Shown piece by piece: positions 8,791 to 14,738 of a stretch of DNA of 32,000 nt. A program made the position numbers and the translations under genes. Each line of letters starts with the position of its first letter. Within the stretch, counting starts at the first letter, position 1. The notes below the pieces were generated by a model that saw only the letters and a program-made list of their open reading frames with translations, made no database searches and was not told the origin of the DNA. This DNA is from Candidatus Scalindua sp. (GTDB lineage: Bacteria; Planctomycetota; Brocadiia; Brocadiales; Scalinduaceae), in assembly GCA_031316235.1 (NCBI GenBank), contig JALDRA010000001.1:2160001-2192000 (forward strand), written 5' to 3'.

Positions 8791-10287
8791 TTATGACCAT
8801 TGCCTGGTCCCGGGTTTATCACATTCCACCATCTGATTTCCTTCATATCCATGATCTAAGCGTATACAGTTCATGTAGCTGTTAATCATGTCAACTGATT
8901 TCGGTGAATCATGTTCCCTCTGTTTGAGGAGAGAAAGCTCATGCATTGATCTCTCGAAGCCATTGGGGAAGTAAGAGATAAAGGCTGCGTAGTGTATTTC
9001 TGAAAAAAGATCTTTATTCTCCAGCCCGGCTGCCTTTTCAACACAGTTAAAACCCTCCTGCAGTAACATCTGCCCCCGCCAGCCATAGGTTATTGTGCCA
9101 ACTGCTGCGAGCACATTCGGTGAGTCCGGATGGTGCGTCTCAAGGGTTTCAAAGAAATCGACTGCCCGAAGAGTTTCCCGGTATTGCCACGCAAGCTGTA
9201 CATATCGGGCAAACATGGTACTGAATATTTCATCAGTATGTTTTCTTTCCAGGTAACCTTCAAGGATAGAGAGATGGGTATCGAGCTCTCTATCCTTTGC
9301 CGTGGAGACCTTACCGGCAAAAGCAGTATTATGAATTATGGGATAGGGGAAACGGGCAATCTCCTCACACCTTCTCTCACTCTCCTGTCCCGGTGGCCCG
9401 GTATGCAGGGGGCCAGAATTATTATCCCTTTTATCCTGTAACAGTTGAAGTTTTTTATCAATGTTTCCAGCCATGGCATAATGACCGTGCTCGCGGTAAA
9501 TCCTCGAAAGATTCTTATAGATATCATCTAAATGTGAGCGGTTATGTTTCTCTTTTTCTATAAGTAAATAGAACTGCTCTATGGCTTCCGGAAATCTTTC
9601 CGGCAGATACGCAAGATACGCTGCACGGCACAGGCGGGGGAAAAAGGCCTCTGTGTCCATTGAAACGGCTTCATCAATTTTTTTCAGGCCGTCTCTGAGA
9701 GTTTTCTCCGCATCCCAGCCACAGCTGATTACCCCCTTTGCCGTCAGGGTATAAGGTGATGACTGGTTTGTTTCATATTGGAGATCGTGGAAAAAATCTA
9801 TAGCCCGTTTCTCTTGCTCAAGATGCTTGCAGGCTGTTATATATTGTGAAAAGAGTCTGGGAAACACTCTCTTGTCAATATTCAGTTTCATACTGTTTTC
9901 AAGACGGCATAAGTCGTTTCCTGATACACTAAAACCGATTTGGTTTTCGGTTTTACCGCCCCCGCCAGAATGAGTATCGCCCGCCCGGCCTGTCAGCCAT
10001 TCGGACTGGGGCTGGCGAACGGCTGACAGGCCGGAAACCAGATCCTGGTTAATGGTATCAACAGACATACGCCGAGGACCATACTCGCTCAATTTTATCC
10101 GAAATCCAGTATGAGATGAGTATAACAGTGTGTCGACAGGAAAGCTTTCATCTGAGACTGAAGAAATTGTATCAGGTTCCTGCCCGGTCACTCCTTCTGC
10201 CGATTTGTCTGCAACAAAGAGTGCAGACATGACGAAAAGAGATAAAAGAAAAAATACGGTAACGGTAAATGGCTTTAAAAAAAACAT
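8791..10287 (-). CDS. secreted hypothetical protein with an internally duplicated ~140-aa helical module; carries a family-1 repeat in frame
   Basis: 498-aa uninterrupted ORF. GGAG RBS 8 nt upstream of the ATG at 10287. N-terminal signal peptide (MFFLKPFTVTVFFLLSLFVMSALFVA). Two paralogous modules (RAIDFFHDL...GW...AAYLAYLP and RAVDFFETL...GW...AAFISYFP). Confidence 0.6.
   Translation of the reverse strand: MFFLKPFTVTVFFLLSLFVMSALFVADKSAEGVTGQEPDTISSVSDESFPVDTLLYSSHTGFRIKLSEYGPRRMSVDTINQDLVSGLSAVRQPQSEWLTGRAGDTHSGGGGKTENQIGFSVSGNDLCRLENSMKLNIDKRVFPRLFSQYITACKHLEQEKRAIDFFHDLQYETNQSSPYTLTAKGVISCGWDAEKTLRDGLKKIDEAVSMDTEAFFPRLCRAAYLAYLPERFPEAIEQFYLLIEKEKHNRSHLDDIYKNLSRIYREHGHYAMAGNIDKKLQLLQDKRDNNSGPLHTGPPGQESERRCEEIARFPYPIIHNTAFAGKVSTAKDRELDTHLSILEGYLERKHTDEIFSTMFARYVQLAWQYRETLRAVDFFETLETHHPDSPNVLAAVGTITYGWRGQMLLQEGFNCVEKAAGLENKDLFSEIHYAAFISYFPNGFERSMHELSLLKQREHDSPKSVDMINSYMNCIRLDHGYEGNQMVECDKPGTRQWS
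9925..10124 (+). repeat. family-1 repeat, copy E (72-bp nested insertion, right hairpin half-deleted), embedded in a CDS
   Basis: TACACTAAAACCGATTTGGTTTTCGGTTTTACCG, then the insert, then CCGGAAACCAGATCCTGG...CCAGTATGAGATGAGTATA. It lies wholly inside ORF 8791-10287. Confidence 0.85.
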
Positions 10288-10354
10288 GCTTCACTCCTCT
10301 TTTAAAAATTCTCAACAGAATAGATAGTGTTTGAAAGAAAACTATCCATGTACT

Positions 10355-10420
10355 GTGTTACGGTAATAATTCCGCAATCCTCCGGGAGACGAGCATGCAC
10401 CGGTTACGGAATTACTGACA
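10355..10420 (+). repeat. family-2 ~66-bp repeat, copy 2b
   Basis: 46/66 identical to copy 2c by hand alignment, with exact blocks CGGTAATAATTCC and CCGGTTACGGAATTA at identical spacing. Confidence 0.65.
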
Positions 10421-10445
10421 TAATTCATAGTAAGTGGGAACAGGA

Positions 10446-10733
10446 TCAATTTTGCCGTATACAAGGGGGTAAATTTTTATAAATTGACGGCCATGAACGC
10501 TTTGCAAAGATGATGGGGATATCCTGCTCTTTTGCAGATCTCTTTACTACCGTTGCGAGATTATGATTTACATAGTCATGCAATACGATAATAATGTCCA
10601 TAGAGACTGGCAGACCCTTTTTTATGACGGTCTTATTCCTGCCGTCAATGTGCTTTACCTTATCGATACCAATCTTCTTAAGTTGTTTTGGAATAGATCC
10701 AAGGTGGTCTCCACCAACGATTAATGCTGACAT
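10446..10733 (-). CDS. DUF2325-like small protein
   Basis: 95-aa ORF with RBS GGAGG upstream of the ATG. The pattern LIVGGD...IDG...DIIIVLHDYVNHN...VKRSAKEQDIPIIF matches my recollection of DUF2325. Confidence 0.5.
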   Translation of the reverse strand: MSALIVGGDHLGSIPKQLKKIGIDKVKHIDGRNKTVIKKGLPVSMDIIIVLHDYVNHNLATVVKRSAKEQDIPIIFAKRSWPSIYKNLPPCIRQN

Positions 10734-10926
10734 TATTCTCTACCTCCTGTCAAAAAATTGTAAAATTCTTAATTCTCCTGCCTCTCTTCGAGAGAGGGTG
10801 CAGACCACATGCACCATACTATGGAAGGCAGGGGAGTGTCATACAGAATCAAAAGTAAAGAGTTTCAATATATTCATGAAAGACATTACCCTCAGCCAGA
10901 TCAGATTTCTGAGAATGTATTCTTCA

Positions 10927-11307
10927 CTATGAAACCTGCCTTAAACAGAGATCATATTTGAATACTGCCTCTTTTGCCCTGCTCTTCAATTCACCTATAT
11001 CCGCTGACTTGAGCACGCATGCGTCGGGCGCCCAGCTGCGGAATTTTTCCCTCTGGCAATAGTGTTCCGTATTAATAATAAGGGGAATTTCACGGAACAT
11101 TCCCAATAAGGAACGCATATCCTCGTTACAATCCATAACAGACATGGTGGACCCCATTATTATGATGTCGGGAATCTGTTCTTTAACCTGCGATACTGCT
11201 TCTCTACCATTTCTGGCGAGCGAAACATGATACCCCTCACGCTGGAACTCCCGTATGTAAAACAGGGCCTGATTTGTATTGTCTTCCATCAGCATAATAG
11301 TCTTCAT
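10927..11307 (-). CDS. single-domain receiver protein lacking the phospho-acceptor Asp (pseudo-receiver)
   Basis: Start moved to the ATG at 11307 (GGAGG RBS). Aligned to CheY by eye, DD becomes ED, the D57 position is Gly (DIIIMGSTMSVMD), and T87 (INTE) and K109 (VLKS) are retained. Confidence 0.65.
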   Translation of the reverse strand: MKTIMLMEDNTNQALFYIREFQREGYHVSLARNGREAVSQVKEQIPDIIIMGSTMSVMDCNEDMRSLLGMFREIPLIINTEHYCQREKFRSWAPDACVLKSADIGELKSRAKEAVFKYDLCLRQVS

Positions 11308-11456
11308 ACTATAACCTCCATTGAAAATTACTGTAATTTTTAGACTGGCAGGGGGGGCACGCCTTTCAGGGGGAAAGCGCATTGTCAGCACAGCTGCCAG
11401 AAGAATAAGGCTTATCGGTGATCATAGAGCAATTGAGATTCAATCTCATCTGAAAA

Positions 11457-11840
11457 TCAAAAAATTTTCTCACGGTAAATTTTCTCTTTCAAAATGCAAC
11501 TCTTTGCCAGCTTACACAAGGTTTCATTATCAATTGTCTTAGATATAATTGCATTGACTCCCCACTCCTTTACATCACCCGGCCCCACCGGCAAATAATC
11601 TGAACTCATCAGCATGACCGGAACAGCGCAATCGCTGCAGATCTCATCTATTACCTCAAAGCCGGTCATCCCCGGCATATCGGTGTCAGTTATTACCAGG
11701 TCAAAGCGATCTGTGTGGAACCGTTCAACACCATCATGACCACTATTTTCAGTCGTGACATCAAAGCCTTCATCGACCAGTGTCTGCTTAAATGCGCCGA
11801 GGATATCCTCATTATTATCAATGATCAGTATCTTTTTCAT
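11457..11840 (-). CDS. single-domain CheY-like response regulator
   Basis: KILIIDNNED, DLVITDTDMPGMTG (acceptor Asp present), MLMSS, AIISKT. ATG at 11840 with GGAG 9 nt upstream. The ORF track start at 11852 adds 4 aa. Confidence 0.8.
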   Translation of the reverse strand: MKKILIIDNNEDILGAFKQTLVDEGFDVTTENSGHDGVERFHTDRFDLVITDTDMPGMTGFEVIDEICSDCAVPVMLMSSDYLPVGPGDVKEWGVNAIISKTIDNETLCKLAKSCILKEKIYREKIF

Positions 11841-11923
11841 ACTCATCTCCATACATTAGATTTTAGTGAAGGCCGACGTCTTGAGATTTCAAGACGCCGG
11901 AACAATGAGAAAGCAAAATACAA

Positions 11924-12100
11924 CTAGTTTTCACGCACGGTAAAGACCGTCATCATACCAGCCTCGATATGATCATTCACATGACAGTGGTACACCATAC
12001 GCCTGCAGCATCGGGCCTGAAAGTAAGTGATTTGGCGGCAGCAGGCAGAATTTCAGTAACGTCAATGCAGTTGCCATTATGCTTAAGCGTAGCCCCGTGT
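11924..12100 (-). pseudogene. C-terminal relic of a multicopper oxidase (5'-truncated, one frameshift)
   Basis: Minus-strand translation of 11924-12001 gives RMVYHCHVNDHIEAGMMTVFTVREN*, containing the MCO copper motif H-C-H-x3-H-x4-M. The adjacent frame upstream reads ...NGNCIDVTEILPAAAKSLTFRPDAAGVW. A single missing nucleotide after GVW joins the two frames. A TGA at 12101-12103 in the upstream frame ends the similarity. Confidence 0.7.
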
Positions 12101-12103
12101 CAC

Positions 12104-12124
12104 ATATTGAGAATGAGAATATAT
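12104..12124. promoter_or_regulatory. TTCTCATTCTCAAT motif, site 2 (on minus strand)
   Basis: ATATTGAGAATGAGAATATAT. Its reverse complement contains the exact 14-mer TTCTCATTCTCAAT seen at 5845-5858. It lies at the break point of the MCO relic. Confidence 0.25.
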
Positions 12125-12204
12125 CGCAATGCGCAGGTAAAAAAACCCTCCTTTCTTTTCGATTACACCGGTTGAGGCGGAAGAGAGTAGTAATAATAGG
12201 TTTA

Positions 12205-12225
12205 AATTGAGTTTCATTCTCAATT
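12205..12225. promoter_or_regulatory. TTCTCATTCTCAAT-related motif, site 3 (AATTGAGTTTCATTCTCAATT)
   Basis: 18/21 identical to site 1. Near-palindrome AATTGAG-n7-CTCAATT. Confidence 0.25.
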
Positions 12226-12287
12226 AGAACGGTAATATAGAGCAGAAGTGAATCTTTGTCAATTAAAAAAAAAATTTATTTACATGA

Positions 12288-12343
12288 TATGCTCATCTTA
12301 TAATGGTTTCGGATAAATCTAAAACCGAATCGGTTTTTGTATA
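12288..12343 (-). repeat. family-1 miniature copy G (56 bp, termini joined, core deleted)
   Basis: TATGCTCATCTTATAATGGTTTCGGATAAATC joined to TAAAACCGAATCGGTTTTTGTATA. Both halves align to the two ends of the reverse-complemented consensus. Confidence 0.6.
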
Positions 12344-12515
12344 ATAATGAAAGATATTACAACAACAATGAAAGATGTTACAACTACCTGGTAATTCAAA
12401 GAGCAGGTATCGAAAAAAAGAGGGGAAAAAAGGGGAACTAATTTGATAGAATGGTTGTATATAAAAGCTAAATATAAGTTTGGTTAAACAGGTAGGGTAT
12501 TTAAGGAGATAAAAA

Positions 12516-14165
12516 TTGGCGGAGATTGGAAGCGGCAGAATAAGGTTTGGTATTTTTTCTCATCTCAAACAGGATATTCCGGCAAGTATTGTCGTGCTGT
12601 TTGTCGCATTGCCGCTTTGTCTCGGTATCGCACTGGCAAGCGGAGCGCCTCTTTTTTCGGGGCTTATCGCGGGAATAGTCGGAGGGATAGTTGTAGGGTC
12701 TATAAGCGACTCAGCACATGGGGTCAGCGGACCGGCTGCTGGCCTGGCGGTAATTGTTTTAGATGCCCTGGCCAAAATCGGATCTTTTGAAATATTCTTA
12801 CTTGCGGTTGTAATCGGGGGGGGGATACAGATAATACTTGGCCTGGTTAAAGCGGGTATTATCGGATATTTTTTCCCCTCTGCGGCAATAAAGGGGATGC
12901 TCTCCGGCATCGGCATTATTATCATCCTGAAACAGATACCTCATGCCCTTGGATTAGACAAAGAGTGGATGGGGAATGACTCTTTTATCCTGGAGGGAGG
13001 TGGCAATACGTTTAAATTGCTGTGGCAGCTTTTTGAACAGTTAACACCCGGGGCGGTATTAATTGCCATTATTTCAATGGGAATCTTACTGTTGTGGGAA
13101 TTGTATCTGACGAAGAAATATAATTTCTTTACCTTCATTCAGGGACCGATAGTCGTGGTAGCAGCAGCTGTCTGCTGCCAGTTTATAACAAAAAGTTACT
13201 TTCCTCAATATACCTTAGGTTCGGAACACCTGGTAAGTGTGCCGGTGGCAGGGAGCATGTCATCATTCATTTCCCTGTTTACCTTTCCTGATTTCAGTCA
13301 ACTGGGCAATAAGGAGGTCTATTTTTTAGCTTTGACCATTGCGATTGTAGCCAGTTTGGAAACACTCCTGAGTGTGGAGGCTACTGACAAACTGGATCCC
13401 CACAAGAGGGTTACCTCAACCAACCGGGAGCTATTTGCTCAAGGTACCGGAAATATTATATCCGGATTGATTGGTGGATTGCCGATTACGCAGGTAGTCG
13501 TTCGAAGTTCCGCCAATATCCAATCCGGTTCAAAAACGAAACTCTCAACTATCATTCATGGGCTTATGCTGTTGGTGTGTGTTGCTTTGCTTCCGGCTGT
13601 CCTGAATCTTATCCCCTTATCCGCTCTTGCATGCATCCTGTTAGTAGTAGGGTATAAGTTGTCTAAACCGGTTCTATTTGCACAGATGTATAAACTGGGA
13701 TGGGACCAGTTTATACCGTTTATGGTTACGGTTCTCGGGATTGTATTTGTGAATTTGCTGGTCGGGCTCGGGCTTGGATGTTGTGTCGGCGCTGTCGTGA
13801 TCCTGATCCGTAGCTATCAAAATTCTCACTTCCTGCATCTTGAGACATACAACGGAAGAAAACAGTTAAAAATGACTCTGGCTGAAGATGTTACCTTTCT
13901 GAACAAAGGTGCGATCATAAAAGAGTTGGCCAGAATAGCCAAAGGAACACACCTGACCATTGATCTCACGAAATGTTATAGTATTGATTACGATGTGAAG
14001 GAGATTATAGAAGATTTCATCACTTCAGCACCGGATAGGGACATTATTGTCAATCTGAAGCGCAAATCGGACATTGCCGGGAGCAGAGAAAAGATTTTCT
14101 CCGAAAAACTTGATAGATGGGTATTGGCCCTTCCCGCAAAAAATAACCTGCTGCCGGCTACATAA
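12516..14165 (+). CDS. SulP-family inorganic anion transporter (sulfate/bicarbonate permease type) with C-terminal STAS-like domain
   Basis: 549-aa polytopic ORF. TTG start with AGGAG 7 nt upstream. SulP-like segments are visible (PLCLGIALASGAP, GLIAGIVGGIVVG, NRELFAQGTGNIISGLIGGLPIT). Soluble C-terminal ~100 aa. Confidence 0.85.
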   Translation: MAEIGSGRIRFGIFSHLKQDIPASIVVLFVALPLCLGIALASGAPLFSGLIAGIVGGIVVGSISDSAHGVSGPAAGLAVIVLDALAKIGSFEIFLLAVVIGGGIQIILGLVKAGIIGYFFPSAAIKGMLSGIGIIIILKQIPHALGLDKEWMGNDSFILEGGGNTFKLLWQLFEQLTPGAVLIAIISMGILLLWELYLTKKYNFFTFIQGPIVVVAAAVCCQFITKSYFPQYTLGSEHLVSVPVAGSMSSFISLFTFPDFSQLGNKEVYFLALTIAIVASLETLLSVEATDKLDPHKRVTSTNRELFAQGTGNIISGLIGGLPITQVVVRSSANIQSGSKTKLSTIIHGLMLLVCVALLPAVLNLIPLSALACILLVVGYKLSKPVLFAQMYKLGWDQFIPFMVTVLGIVFVNLLVGLGLGCCVGAVVILIRSYQNSHFLHLETYNGRKQLKMTLAEDVTFLNKGAIIKELARIAKGTHLTIDLTKCYSIDYDVKEIIEDFITSAPDRDIIVNLKRKSDIAGSREKIFSEKLDRWVLALPAKNNLLPAT

Positions 14166-14273
14166 GGGCGGCATTTCTGGATCAGGTGCACTTTCAATGG
14201 TTAAAGTCTATATTGCTTGCTATATAAGGGGTTACAGCAATTATTCTTCCGTTATTCACCCGTTTTTTGCACG

Positions 14274-14412
14274 TATACTAAAACCGATCTGGTTTTCGGT
14301 TTTTCTGGAAACCAAATCCTGGTGAAGGTATCCCCGGACAAAAAGCGTCGAGGACTTTACGCGCTCAATTTTATCTCGGATTGTATCCGAAATCCAGTAT
14401 TAGATGAGTATA
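14274..14412 (+). repeat. family-1 repeat, full-length copy A (139 bp)
   Basis: TATACT...AGTATA. 8 differences from copy C over 139 nt by hand alignment. Confidence 0.9.
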
Positions 14413-14520
14413 TTAAAATAATTCAGTAACAATTTCTGATAACGATACAAGGTAAACCTTGAACGATCAAGGGGCACAACGTAAAGGGTCTTTAAACATT
14501 TGTGAGAATGCTGATGAGAT

Positions 14521-14601
14521 AGCCTTACTGCCGAAGAGTATTTCCATGGATTCTTATTGAATTCATTCAATATTTTTCAGCAGTAAGGCTTTTTTGTTTT
14601 T
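14521..14601 (+). terminator. strong intrinsic-terminator-like hairpin plus T-tract
   Basis: AGCCTTACTGCCGAA (14521-14535) pairs with TTCAGCAGTAAGGCT (14576-14590) at 14/15 positions. An inner stem ATTGAAT/ATTCAAT is present, followed by TTTTTGTTTTT (14591-14601). Confidence 0.55.
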
Positions 14602-14675
14602 CATGGGACATATCTGTATTTCAAAATATTACGTACGGAATTTTCCTCCAAAAAAATAATTTTGTCATTAGTTAA

Positions 14676-14704
14676 TTGTGCAAAAACCTCTAACCGGGTA
14701 TACT
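14676..14704 (+). promoter_or_regulatory. candidate sigma70-type promoter (TTGTGC-17-TATACT) for the metalloprotease gene
   Basis: Hexamers at 14676-14681 and 14699-14704 with a 17-nt spacer, 35 nt upstream of the ATG at 14739 (RBS GGGAGG). Confidence 0.35.
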
Positions 14705-14738
14705 GATTAAAATTATCTTTAGTAACGGGAGGAAAATT

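Noticed and set aside
8140-8885. ORFs 8140-8565 (+), 8352-8540 (-) and 8523-8885 (+) around the feoB 3' end
   Set aside because: They overlap feoB or the wHTH gene out of frame, or cross the convergent intergenic region. There is no FeoC-like Cys motif and start contexts are poor.
11969-12175. 68-aa plus-strand ORF
   Set aside because: It is antisense to the multicopper-oxidase relic, whose HCHxxxHxxxxM motif explains the sequence better. No RBS.
14217-14429. 70-aa ORF downstream of the SulP gene
   Set aside because: It is a translation of family-1 copy A (VSPDKKRRGLYALNFISDCIRNP), the same pseudo-peptide as at the other copies.
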